This document shows positions 41,607-54,626 of a stretch of DNA of 64,000 bases, one piece after another. Made by a program: the position numbers and the translations under genes. The stretch comes from Octopus vulgaris (Eukaryota). The DNA is taken from assembly GCA_951406725.2 (NCBI GenBank), contig OX597816.1, positions 115,010,001-115,074,000 on the forward strand. The letters run 5' to 3'. The stretch's first letter is position 1, and every line of letters starts with the position of its first letter. The notes below the pieces were generated by a model. It was given only the letters and a program-made list of their open reading frames with translations, did no database searches and was not told the origin of the DNA.

Positions 41607-41702
41607 GAGAATTTACAAAAAAGCAAAAGATGAAGACAGGTGGTGTAGACAACAAACAGATGTATTAGTATAATGCTCGGGAAGTGAAAAATACTTTTAC
41701 GT
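41606..41702 (-). mobile_element. Truncated copy of the 45920-46105 HHR family
   Basis: Reverse complement ACGTAAAAG..GAGCATTATACTAATACATCTGTTTG..ACACCACCTGTCTT matches 46004-46075. Confidence 0.8.
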
Positions 41703-41715
41703 ATGTATATAATAC

Positions 41716-41747
<32 letters not shown>

Positions 41748-41789
41748 TATATACATACATACATACATACATACATACATACATACATA

Positions 41790-42489
41790 CAGGGTGCAGT
41801 GAACAGACTGTCGTTTAAATTCTGCAAAAATGAAAATAACACTAACATTTCATTTTGACAGATATATTTACCAAAATTACATTAAAATATATTGAAATAC
41901 TAAAGAATAAATTTATTCAATAAAATCGCTGGTGGCCTCCAGGTGGCTTCAGAATCTTCTGCAATTCTTTTGGATTGTCTCTGTGAATGCTGCCATAATC
42001 CTTGCCTTCAGTTCATCTTTGGTGTTACAAGGAGTTTTGTTGGTCTCTCCCTCAACTGCACCCCAAGCATAATAAGCAAGGTGGTTGTAATCTGGGGAGT
42101 TAGGTGGCCAGATATTAGGGGTGATGTAGTTGCAGAAATTATCTGACAGCCATGACTGGATTCTCCTGCTTGTGTGGCATGGTGCAGAGCCCTGTTGCCA
42201 GACATAGGATCTTCTAGCAGCCACCTCTTCACCCAGGGCAGTACTACCTCCCCCAAGCACTTGATGTAGGTCTGCATGTAGAGTTTGAGGCCGGGTGGGA
42301 AGACAAATGGAGGTATAACGTTTCCATCACCAGTGATCACTCCAAACACCATCATGTTGATTAGATGTTTGATTTTTATCACTCTTGGTTCATGTTCTCA
42401 GATTGCATTGTCTTCAGATTGACGCTCAAACACTCTGAAAGCACGAAATTAAAAGTATGAAATGGCAACAATTTATGCATTGCCTCCTG
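41790..42489 (-). mobile_element. Internally deleted maT (DD37D) Tc1/mariner transposon
   Basis: MVFGVI..YVWQQGSAPCHTS..WPPNSPDYNHLAYYAWG; CAGGGTG terminus after TA. Confidence 0.88.
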
Positions 42490-42538
42490 CATACATATAT
42501 ATATATATACTATATATATATATATATATATATATGTG

Positions 42539-42587
<49 letters not shown>

Positions 42588-43252
42588 CACACATGCATAT
42601 ATGGATACGTAATTACACTCACATATATGTGCATATACAAATATATGTACATATATGCACATGCTCACATACATACATATACAGATGTGGACATTTGCAT
42701 ATATTTATATACCCTCATGTACATATATATACATATATATATGTGTATATATGTATATGTATATATATGTGTGTGTGTGTGTGTCAAGATAATACATTTA
42801 TGCATACTAAACATGCAGACCGCCATGCATATGTAAATGCAGAAATGCATTCTGACACATGCACATATGGTTATGGGAAAGGAGAGAGAGAGAGAGAGAG
42901 AGGGGGAGAGAGAGAGAGAGAGAGGGAGAGAGAGAGAGAGGGAGAGAGAGAGAGAGAGGGAGAGAGAGAGTTTGCTGAATTATTATTATTATTATTATTA
43001 CTTGATTTTGTTGTAACTTGAAAATGCAAATTTGGTGTGGTGGCAACATCTTGGTAATTTCTCAGGATGCTTGTTAACCAATTTCTCATTACTTAAAAGA
43101 ATGCACAAGGTTTCCTCAAGTCACAAGTCACATATACAGGATAGTGTATTATATGGTTGTACATGTAAGGATAGCTAAGAATAATCACATGTGCAACCAA
43201 CCATGAAAAACAAACCAATAGTACAAAGAAATTAAATGCTAATCCCCTTATA

Positions 43253-43290
<38 letters not shown>

Positions 43291-43291
<1 letters not shown>

Positions 43292-43720
43292 CTAGTGTAG
43301 GATAAATGTAGGATTGCTGGCCATTGATAAAATTTTTTTCAGAGAAAAAAATTTTATCCTACATTAGTTATAAATTTAATAGTGTTCACTTCCAAATTCT
43401 CTCACTCTGTGAAAGTTTCTAGTTCGAATCACATGTGTCTCGAGATGTGCCGAAGTTTTTCTATTTTGGATATATTTGGGGTAGTGCTTGCTTTTTCCAT
43501 GGGTATGAGTAAGTATTTCATATATATCTCATGTATTTATTGCTGAAGAAGGGAAAATTCTTATGAATTAACCCCGAAATTGGGACCAATACGGTAATAA
43601 CGGATTTTTTTAGAAATTTTTATTGGTTTATTTCGAGACGCATAAATCATAATGGTGATTGACAATTTTGTCTTTTTTTTGGCATTAGAAATTTTCTTTT
43701 GCCCTTATTTTGTAAATTAT
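43291..43720 (+). mobile_element. Near-monomer copy of the 480-nt hammerhead repeat family
   Basis: Aligns with the reverse complement of 56695-57135; short 5' inversion; (TA)n flank. Confidence 0.8.
43537..43597 (+). ncRNA. Type I hammerhead ribozyme
   Basis: TTATTG-CTGAAGA-A-GGG..AATTC ttat GAATT..CCC-GAAA-TTGG ga CCAA-TA^CGGTAA. Confidence 0.8.
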
Positions 43721-43730
43721 GTATATATAT

Positions 43731-44400
43731 CATCATCATCATCATCATCATCATTTAACGTCCGCTTTCCATGCTAGCATGGGTTGGACGGTTCAACTGG
43801 GGTCTGGGGAGCCCGAAAGCTGCACCAGTCCAGTCAGATCTGGCAGTGTTTCTACAGCTGGATGCCCTTCCTAACGCCAACCACTCCGAGAGTGTAGTGG
43901 GTGATTTTATGTGCCACCGACACAGGTGCCAGACGAGGCTGGCAAACGGCCACGCTCGGATGGTGTTTTTTATGTGCCACCGACACAGGTGCCAGACGAG
44001 GCTGGCAGACGGCCACGCTCAGATGGTGTTTTTATGTGCCACCGACACAGGTGCCAGATGAGGCTGGCAAAACGGCCACGATCGGATGGTGCTTGTTACG
44101 TGCCCACAGCACGGAGGCCAGTCGATGCGGTACTGGCTACGGCCACATTCGGATGGTTTTCTTGTGTGCCACGTGCCACCGGCACTGGTACCACAAGGAT
44201 ACAAATTCCATTGATGTTCATCTATTTTGATTTGTTTTGATTTGATTTTCACTTGCCTCAACAGGTCTTCACAAGTGTCACAAGAAGGAAGGTATGCACA
44301 GGTGGACTGACTACGTCCCAGGTAGGGGCCATGGGTTATGGCCTGACTAGTCTTGCCGGGTCTTCGGATGGTGTTTTTATGTGCCACCGACACAGGTGCT
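43731..44400 (-). mobile_element. Young RTE-related 3' element with internal ~62-bp tandem repeats
   Basis: (CAT)n tail; unit TATGTGCCACCGACACAGGTGCCAGA at 43908, 43971, 44033 and near 44378. Confidence 0.8.
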
Positions 44401-44485
44401 AGATATATATATATATATATATACACATACATACACACGTGCACACATGCACACACACATATGTGTATATATATATATATATATA

Positions 44486-45325
44486 AGAGGCTTTGAAATA
44501 CCATTATGAGAGACTCCTGAATGTGGAGAATGAATGGGAGGAGGAAAATCTGCCAAATGTTAACCCAGTTTAGGGACCAGCCATCCAAATCAACAGTATC
44601 TTGGTAGATAAAGCAATTAAGGATATGAAGACAGAGAAAGTCCCCAACCCACCAAGAAATATCGCTGAAATGCTTAAAATATCTGGCAGTGTGGGTTTAT
44701 TGTCTAGTAATCCATATTGTAAATTTGGTGGTACCCAATGACTGGTGTAGCAGCACCATAATCAATTGTTACAAAAGTAAAGGTGATGCCTTAGACAGAA
44801 ATAACTACAGTGATATCAAACTGTTGGATCAGGTGATGAAAGTTATGGAGAGGATCATAACCCAACTAATTAGGGAGAGAGTCATGTCATGATGAGATGC
44901 AGTTTGGTTTTGTGCTAGGGAGAAGCACCACTGATTCTATATTTCTTGTAGGGCAGCTGGAGAAATAGACAGCCAAAGATAAACCTTTGTACTTGGTCTT
45001 TTTTGACTTAGAGAAAGCCTTTGACTCCATAAGATGTACCTTGTGTAAGCTTTGGACACACAAGAAACACATCAATATCAGAGGAAGGTTAACAGGAAAA
45101 ATAGCGTTTGTATGTGGAAGATGCACAGGTACAATAAACGCCGAAAATGTACAGAAAGTAGACTCCATCAATTGTCAGTGGGGTAAGCTAGATGTAGCAG
45201 ATAGCTTCCATTATCTAAGTGAAAGTTCAGTGAACTCCTACCTCTGTTGGCATCAAAGGGCCTCTCTCTGAATGTGAAAGGCAAATTGTGTGATACCTGT
45301 GTGCAGACAGCTATGCTACTGGAGC
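44486..45325 (+). pseudogene. RTE LINE reverse transcriptase fragment with internal deletions
   Basis: VPNDWCSSTIINCYKSKGDALDRNNYSDIKLL..QFGF..STTDSIF..LYLVFFDLEKAFD..CGRC..FHYL. Confidence 0.88.
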
Positions 45326-45919
45326 AATATGAAAAAAAAAAGTCTTGCTCAAGGACACAACCTGCCACTAGATATCAAACTCATTACTTTATAATTGTGA
45401 GCCAAATACACTAACCACTACACTACACATTCATATTCTCATATTACATGTATAAAAATATATAAAAGTAATTTACATGACCAAAGTTGTAATTTCTTTG
45501 CTAACAGTCAACTGAAAATGTCATGTTTCAAATTGTTTATTTTGGTTTAAAATTCACCATCTTAATGAGAGTTTTGATACTTAGGAATTGTCTTTATCTT
45601 GTGCTTGTAATATCTGACAATGAAATATAATGAATTATTATTTTGTTTTAGGCTGAGCTGAATACACTTAGAAGCAGAATGCTACATCTAATCAAAATCA
45701 TACATTAAAATATAAATAGACTGAATAAATATAAACATAGATGCATATCTGGTTAACAACTTCACTTTGTAACCATATGACTTGGGGTTTGGTTTAACTG
45801 TATGGTTGCTGTCAGCTCTAATCTAGCTGTGTATTGACCAATACCAAGTGAGTGGAACTGGAAGAAGTCCAATGCATATGTGTGTGAATGTGTGTGTGTG
45901 TGTGTGTGTGCATGTGTTT

Positions 45920-46101
45920 GTAGCCACTACACACATTTTTTCTCTCCTTGTTTTTCTCCTTGTTTTTTCTGTGTCCTTTTCTGTAGAAGAGCGTAGGCTC
46001 GAAACGTAAAAGACTTTTTCTATTCCTGAGCATTATACTAATACATCTGTTTGTTTTGTACACCACCTGTCTTTGACTTTTGTTTTTTTTCCGTAAACTC
46101 T

Positions 46102-46105
<4 letters not shown>
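45920..46105 (+). mobile_element. PLE-like 3' end / non-coding element with hammerhead variant, followed by (TA)n
   Basis: Contains the HHR-like motif below; second copy at 41606-41702. Confidence 0.7.
45973..46014 (+). ncRNA. Minimal hammerhead ribozyme variant (A6U core)
   Basis: TTTT-CTGTAGA-A-GAGC gtag GCTC-GAAA-CG-TA^AAAG; palindromic ACGT helix III. Confidence 0.65.
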
Positions 46106-46141
<36 letters not shown>

Positions 46142-46639
46142 AAGTAAAGTTGTAAGGTGCCACATGAGTGGAAATATATATGAAAGAAGGTTTGAAAATG
46201 CAATTTTAAAGATGTTTATTCACTTGACCGGTTTCACTTTTTTAGAAAAAGATTGTGAAAAGTAAAATGTAAAGCATTGTATGAACTTAGTTGTGTTACG
46301 TACTGGTTATCACAAAAGTATTAAAATACAGATATACATTCTTTGATCATAATAAGAACATGTAAAAAACAGTTTACAAGAAAGTATTTAAGAAAGTAAT
46401 CAGAACGGGACTCCAAAAAGTATTTTGAGTTAAATAAAAATCATATTTGTTTTGTAGTATATATATACACAGAAGGAGATATATTTAAGAATTTACAAAA
46501 AATTGTAGAAGAATAACTGTGCTGTCTTTCTAACATTTTGTCTTGTGTGTAGCTCCACACAATACAAAATGTATATCATAATGTTTTTAGTTTTCTTTTT
46601 TGAAGTGAGATGAATTTTAAAGTTGTTAAATGAAAAAGA

Positions 46640-49150
46640 TATTCAATTTTTCTACCTGTGTATTAAGACAAGTCCACCCGAAGCAAAAGTGAGGAAAATT
46701 TCGGATTTCTTCAATACTGTGGAGATTGCAGTGATGCAATTCAGTGAAAAAATTAATAATAAAGCACTTCTAGCATATCAATAAGCAGCTGGTTCAGTGA
46801 CCAGAAGTAGCCTAGTAAGCATTGAAAATCATTTTCAAAGCAGTTAGATTCTGTGGTAGCTAAGACCTAGCATTACAAGGTCATGAACGTGACACAGGAA
46901 ACTTCGTATATCTCGTAAAAGAACTTGTCAAAGAATGCAGTGCAGAAGTAAGTCACTGGCTTAGACATTGAGATAATTTCCTATCTGATACCATACCAAA
47001 TTAAATCATACAGGTATATGCTCATAACATCCTGCATGATATCAGAAAAAAGTTGAAGATCCCATGTTTATTGGTATTAAATCTGATTTTTATTAAATCT
47101 GGTATTAAATCGGGCATGGAACAAGAACCAATCATTGTCCGTTGTGTTTCTGAAGACCTGGATACCCACAAAGGTTTCATAATCCTCCTGAATGCTCTTT
47201 AGAGACACTAAGGTTATTCTGGAGATTTTTGCCACTTAAACATTTCGCTTGGATCAAAATTATGCTGCTTTTCATTTGATGGTGTTAGTACCTTCAGCAA
47301 AAGCACTTCAGGCATACAAAAGAGATTAAAAGATGTGTTTCCTGTACATATTTTGTACATTGTAGAAACCACTCTCTGCACCTTGTCCTCCAAGAAGTTG
47401 GCTCTACGATTGCCATTGTAGTTGCTGCACTTAACTTTGTTCACCAATGTGTCATTGTTCTGAAAGAGTTGCCAAAAAGAAACCAAACAGAAACCTCCTT
47501 ATTTTAACCGTTTAATGCACCAGTTTCCCCCATTGAAACATTAAAAAATCTGATGTGTGAAATCAGATGTAATACAAAAAAAAAAAAAGATACGATTGTT
47601 TAAAGTCTCATCTGTCTTACTTTTGATGAGGCAAATCAATCAATTATATCTTCAAAATCAGTTTCGTTTGTCTCTTCACTTTCAATGCTCAGAAGAGCAA
47701 GGCCATGCATGTGACCCTGCAACATTGACGTCCGCAAATAAGATAGGATTAACTTCAGTTTGCTGGACGATTGTTTGCAGCTTGCAACTGATACAGCTAT
47801 TGTGACAGTATCTGAAGGCCAATGCACAAATTCGGAAAAATGATGTTATCTCTACATTGAACAATGAATTCCAGGAGATTTTCTGGTCTCGTAATTGCAG
47901 ATTTTGTTCGAGTAGACAGCCTTCATATAACGTTTACCTTAAATAACAACATAAAATGATAAGCTGGAGATCCATCTTTATAATTGCAATTTTATAAATG
48001 AAGTTCAAGCTTATCATATTATGGTCAATTCTGCACCACCCCACAATTCAATCAGCACCCAGGGCACATGCACCCCCTTGCTACTAGTTACATTACTGCT
48101 GCTGACACAATCTGGGAAAGCTTCTAGTTTGTTCAGTATAAGGGTGGCTGAGAATGTATTTGAATCTGGGGCATGTAACTTACAGCGTCCAGGTACAATA
48201 GCCAGTGACTGCTTGGAGCTGACCGAGAAATTGAAGAACTCTTTTTCAAAAATGAGAAATAATAAAATGTTTAGAAGCTATTTCAACGAAATATCTTTCT
48301 GCCGACTTTCTGCCTAACACTTTTTGTTCCAAGAATACACTCTGAGCTTCAGATATACAAGAAGGTGTTCTCTCTGCCATTGATGATGGGCATCAGCAAT
48401 TTTTCAGCATCACTGATGTCTTCGAAAATTAATTGAATCCCTGCTTTCAGCAAAAGGGAATGTGCATATGCTCTGAGCGAGAGGATTTGCAGTTGTCAGC
48501 AGTCAGCTGCAGGATGTTTGAGCTTGCAAATGCATTCCTGGTTTTTTCATTTTACTTGCCTACACTGTCATCACAAATCAAACTCCTTACTGGCCTGTGG
48601 ATGAAAAAAAAAGCTTTGCCCAAGTAACTGCATGACATTGTTGAAAATGGAGAGCTTCCAATGCTGTCATTCCTTCTAGCAAGTGTTGATGCTAATGCAG
48701 GTTATTCTGTCTCGTATATATGGAAAAGTGCTTCAAATTATGCTAAAAAATTTTCCACTCTCATTTTGGCAATAAAACTTTTCATGAATATGTGCAAAGC
48801 ATTCATCTTGCACAAGTCTTTGTGCACATGCATTATGGTACAGTGTATTAGACAGTGCTGCTTCATCGTGGAACAGAGCCAGGTCTTCAAGCAGAAAAGT
48901 GTGCTGAACATTCTCTTGATTGATGCAAAGACAGAATAAGCCACAAGCGAAAGAATGTTCAGTGCACTTTGCTGTTCAAAAACCTGGCTCTGTACCACAA
49001 TGAAGCAGCACCGTTTAACACACTGTGCCATAATGCATGTGCATCAAAACTTGTGCAAGAAAAACGCTTTGCACATGTTCAAGGAAAGTTTCATTGCCAA
49101 AACAATCAAGCATAGAAAACTTTTAAAAAATTTGAAGCACTTTTACATAT
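46640..49150 (+). pseudogene. Decayed hAT transposase (ZMYM1/ZNF862-like), interrupted
   Basis: EQEPIIVRCVSEDL..FSFDGVSTFS..GIQKRLK..CRNHSLHLVLQE; C-terminal ATSERMFSAL..KTWLCTTMKQHRL; probable right terminus near 50438. Confidence 0.75.
47490..48098 (-). mobile_element. Second hAT fragment nested in opposite orientation
   Basis: hAT dimerisation domain LKLILSYLRTSMLQGHMHGLALLSIESE..DFEDIID; CAGTAATGTAACTAG-like terminus at 48098. Confidence 0.7.
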
Positions 49151-49153
49151 GTA

Positions 49154-50307
49154 CAAGAATAGGCTGAAAAGTTCACATGCTTACAATGAAGGAGAGATGC
49201 AAGAGCTGTGGAATCTTGCTTGCAGTAATTTTAAGACTTCTTATTAATAACTGCATTAATTCTTTCTGGGTAAACTGACATCTGATTATTTAGAGAAACT
49301 TTAAATGTAGCTGAAAACAATTTCTTTTGAAAATCGGCAAAATCTGCAGAAAAAGGGTTTAGCTCTCAAGGACATTCATGCTGACATGGTATACATTAGG
49401 GGATGACACTCCAGCTTTATCAACAGTGTAAAAGTGGCAGCTGAATTTAGCAGGAGAAGAGAGAGAGTCTTGAGAAGATCCATGATGCTGGATGACAGGC
49501 GATTGACTATAAAGCAAATAGTCAATGTTATTAGCATATCTTGTGAGAGAGTGGAGAATATTTTGCACAATGAACTTAGCTTGATGAAGGTTTCTGCTTG
49601 GTGGGTGCCATGCCTTCTAACACTTGATCAAAAGCACGCCAGGCTGATCACATTATGGGAATATCTAACATTGTTTGAGGCAGGTTCAACTGGTTTCCTT
49701 GAATGTTTACTAACCTTGGTTATGTGTTGGCTTCATCACTTTGAACCAGAAGCAAAGAGGCAATCCATGCAGTAGAAACACTTCTCTTCACCTGCTCCAA
49801 AGAAGGCAATGTTGTTTCATCCACAGGGAAAGTGACGGCCTCAGTTTTGTGGAATGTAAAAGGCACTGTGTTTATTGATCCTCTTCAAAACAATCATACC
49901 ATCAATGGAGAGTTCTATGCCAACTTGCTAAGACAGTTACGAAAGGCTATCAAGACCAAACACCCCAAAAAACTGATGAAGGGGCCCTTGTTTCATTAGG
50001 ACAAAGCTTCAACACACAAGTCCTTGGTTTCAATAGCTGCTGTGCATAACTGGTTTATCACCCTCCCTATTTTAGTGATTTGTTTTCATCTGACTATCAT
50101 TTGTTTCCAAGCATGAAAAAACAGCAGTATTTGCTGTTGGCGATTTTTTTGACCAACAGGATAGGTTCTTCACCAGTGTGATCCAAGCACTGCAACACTG
50201 ATGGAACTATGTGAACAGTAAGAGAAACTATGTTAAAAATGAACTTCATTTGGTCATGTTCCATGAGAATGTCTTGGTCAGCCTGTGAACATTTCAGCCA
50301 ACCTTCA
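49154..50307 (+). mobile_element. Mariner transposon, irritans-like, decayed
   Basis: TIRs ~GGCTGAAAAGTTCACA with TA flanks; KVSAWWVPCLLT, EPEAKRQSMQ, HPPYFSDLFSSDYHLFP. Confidence 0.9.
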
Positions 50308-50667
50308 TAATAATTGTGAAAATTATTACTATACCTGCATTTGTACCAATTTGAACATTGGAAAAAATCCAATTTTTTCATAAAACATTTTGGACCCAAG
50401 TTTGCACCCCCTAAGCAAATTTCATTCCCAGGCCACTGGCACAAAACTTTCTCTTTATGTTGAAAACATGGATTATGTGAAAGGTACTTTAAGGGTACCT
50501 TGATGGTAAATGCATGCGGTTACTTATGAGGCTTTAAAACATCTCATGACATGAGCACAAAAGCAAGAAGGAGATTTATATATTGATACACTTCACCCAT
50601 CTCTACCATTATTGCTCAGTTCAGAGCTGGTTTTGTTGGCCACTGCTCTCATACTGAACAACAGGCT

Positions 50668-51100
50668 CAGCACTGGATTAAATATAAAGCAAAATATGTA
50701 CATGCTTAGGGTATTAAGGGAAGTGGGTACTACAGAAATAGTAAATAGTTTATGGCACAAAAGAAATCACTTCATATTTGCTAAAATAATTTTCAGGATG
50801 TCTTATCTCATGTAAGTATAGAAGCAAATGAGTTATGTAAGATTAATTTGGAGGATCTGATCAAAGACTGTGCAATTAAAACAAGTAGGAGAAATCTTTT
50901 CAAATATAAATAAAGATGAAGTATATAAAAATAAACATCATTTTCCATCTTACTGTTAGGTTTGTTTCATTTTAAAACAGTGCAAAACATTATATTTTGT
51001 TTTTTTATTGTTTATAGTTTAAATTACATATATATGGATTGGGGCACCAAGATCTTTTATTAAGTGCTTAAGATTTTTTACCTATCTTTATCCAGCCCTA
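50668..51100 (+). mobile_element. Second copy of the hAT MITE at 7100-7502
   Basis: Colinear homology; TSD not recognisable. Confidence 0.8.
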
Positions 51101-52524
51101 GATTCTTGCATTCTAAAAAAAGGACAAAAACCACTCAACTACATTGATGTTATTAACCGAAACACTTGACGTGAAATTGAGGACCTACCAAAGATACTCG
51201 AGGCCAAAATTCCTATCCAGGTGTTGGGAAGAGAATTTCAGTTATGGCTACTCATAGAAGAACTATTTAAAATCTTCCTCACCTCTGAGTCATCATGCAC
51301 TCCCTATTTTTAAAGACCCTCATGAGCTGTTTAGTGAGAGGTATCACACGATTTGATTGATCGGTTGATTGCAAACCCATCTTACTGTAAGTTTGAATAA
51401 ATAATTTGTTCTAAATCATTGAGCATTTAGTGAAGGTGATTTAGCTCTTACATTTGATATATCAAACAATATAGGCTGTCTTTAGGAAAGGGGTACAAAA
51501 GACAACAGAAAAAATTGGGTAGAGGGAGATCATGGTCAAGATCAAGGTGATGATGATGATAGTTTTAATGGTGATGGTTGTGGTGATATTAATGCTGATG
51601 AATGAAGTGATGTTGATGATGATGTTAATACTGATGGTTGTTGTGGCAGCTTTGTTGGTATGATGGTGTTAATGCTGTTGGTGAAGGTGGTGTTAATGCC
51701 AATAATTGTCATGACAATGGTGGTGGCAGTAGTAATTATACAAATGGTAGTGATGATGATGATGATGGTGCTGAAGTTGATGGTAGAGGTAGTAGTGGTG
51801 ATGATGATTATAGTTGTGGTGTTGGTAGCAGCGGTAATGGTTGTGACATAGATGGTTGTATTGCTGCTGCTGAGAATGATGATGACAATGGTAGTAGTGG
51901 GGAAGATTGTTTGAGGTAGTATTAGAAACATTTCTTCGTTGGCAGCTTCTAATGACTGTAATACTAATGATGAAGGTTCTCTTTAATATTGTTGTCATTG
52001 TTATTCTGGTAGTGATAGATAAGGAGTTATGGTGGGAGGGATACCTTTGCTGCTACTGCTGCTGTTGCTGCTGTTCAGACAAGTAGTAATAAAGTTATAA
52101 TGCTTTGTAAACTTTTCAGAGAGTGTTTTTTCATGTCAATGCTGATAGTTGTCTAGCAATTTAGTGAAAATCTCAAGGGTTGCTTTGACATTTCCCCTGT
52201 TTATTTCTAATAAGGAAGAACAAAAGCAGGCTACAATACAGTTTTCTGCTTTACATTTATAGAGGAATTACTAGCACAGGAGAAAATCACATCTTTGCAT
52301 CACGATAGAAAGATGACTTTGCTATAGATATAAGTTGTCAAATGAAAGAAATTATTTTTTTCTTTTCTATGGAAAAAGGGAATTTAGTAAAAAAAAATTT
52401 TAATTTGCGAAATACTACACAGTCAAGAAAGGTAAAATCTTGCTCTTTGGAAGTGATGCAATGTATAAGTGAATAAATAAAGATCTGTGCATATGTGCAT
52501 GTGCGCATTTAAATAAATATATAT

Positions 52525-52559
<35 letters not shown>

Positions 52560-52628
52560 CATGTATGTAATATTTATATATGCATGTATATAATATATAC
52601 ATATATATATAAATATACATAAGTATGT

Positions 52629-52665
<37 letters not shown>

Positions 52666-54230
52666 CATACACACACACACATATATATATATATATATTT
52701 CTACACATGAGCATGCATATCTAGGTGAATGTCTTTTTGATTAAAGTTTTGCATGAAGTGGCCCTTCTCCATCCTACACCTACACGTTACTAAATGCAAA
52801 ATATAAAAAATAATGAAGATCATAAAGAAGCAATAATAATAATAAAAAATATAAAAAATAGCTAACTTATTACAAGTTAGATGCAAAAATAAAATAAAAA
52901 TCAAAAAACAAAAATGGTAATAGTTCCCTTTGAACTTAAAACATGTCTGGTTAAAAAGCATCAGCAAAGGAAACAAAAGATTTACAAGTTCTAAATTCAC
53001 TTTGATTCAATGAAATTTTATTTTTATCCATTTGGACTCCAGAGTGCTAGTTGGTTTTTGGTTTTGGTTTTCTGTGGCGGTAAACAACAGCAAAACAAAT
53101 AAATGAATTAAAAAAAAACTATTTAAAAAAATAATTAAATAAAAAAATAGAAATGAAATAATAAAATAGAAAACATCATAAGCACCAACATAAACAGCAG
53201 CATTAGCTGCTACGATAAGAGGGACACTTGGAAAATTGCAGCATAAGATAAAAACAACAATACAATCCAACAAAACATAAATAAAATAAAATAAAGCAAA
53301 CAACAAAAACTACACACACACACAGAAGTATATAAAAAATATATGAAAAATTCCTTGTCATAGTGCCGCCACCAAAAAGTTTTTAAAATGCAGCCATACA
53401 TACACACATTCAGACATACATGAATACATATACATTCATACACACATGCATACACACAATTAAATGCACACACACACACATGCATGTGAACACACACATA
53501 CATGCATACATACATACTCACATACGTACATGCATACTCATATATATGCATGTGTGCATATATGCATACTTGTATACCTACACACATGAGTACATACATA
53601 CATACATGCATACATAGATGCGTACATTCATATGTACATACACACATACATGCATACATGTATACATGCATACATACATACACTCATGCATAATACACAT
53701 ATACATGCATATGCGCACATGTCCATACTTGTATACATACACACATACATGCATACATACACCCATACATGGATACATACACACATACAAGCATACATAC
53801 ACACATACATACATACACACACATACATACATACATACATACATACATACATACATACGTACATACATACGTACATATTATACATGCATATAAACAAACA
53901 GAATCATCTAGTAATTGAGGTATGATTGTAATTTAGTAAACAATTTTAATCCTGTTTACTAAATACACAAAAATGTGACTAATTGCTTTCTTTATGGAGC
54001 AGTTACATATTGTCTGTACTAGCATGCTTGAAGGAAAGTTCTGTTTTCCTGAATAAAGCATTAACAATACAAACTGATAACTATAATTCCAATGACAAAA
54101 TACATGTTTTATGCTTACAATGCCCTAAGTTGTGTACGCTATATTTTTATATTCAAATTCATTCTTAATTTCTAGCTTTCTGCTATTAATGAACCAATGA
54201 ATTATGTTTCTGTATGTATATATGAATGTC

Positions 54231-54272
<42 letters not shown>

Positions 54273-54574
54273 TATGTGTATGTGTGCATATTCTTTTGCA
54301 TATTCTTTTATTCTTGTACTTGTTTCAGTCATTTGACTGTGGCCATGCTGGAGCACCACCTTGAAGGGTTTTAGTTGAAGAAATTGAACCCAGGACTTAT
54401 TTTCTGTAAACCTAGTACTTATTCTATCAGTCTCTTTTGCTAGATGTAAACACACCAACATCAGTTGTCAAGTGATGGTGTGTGTGTGGGGGACAAACAC
54501 AGGCACAAAGACAGATGTATTTAAATATATACACTTATATATATATGTGTGCGTGAGTGTGTGTGTGTGCGCAC

Positions 54575-54626
<52 letters not shown>

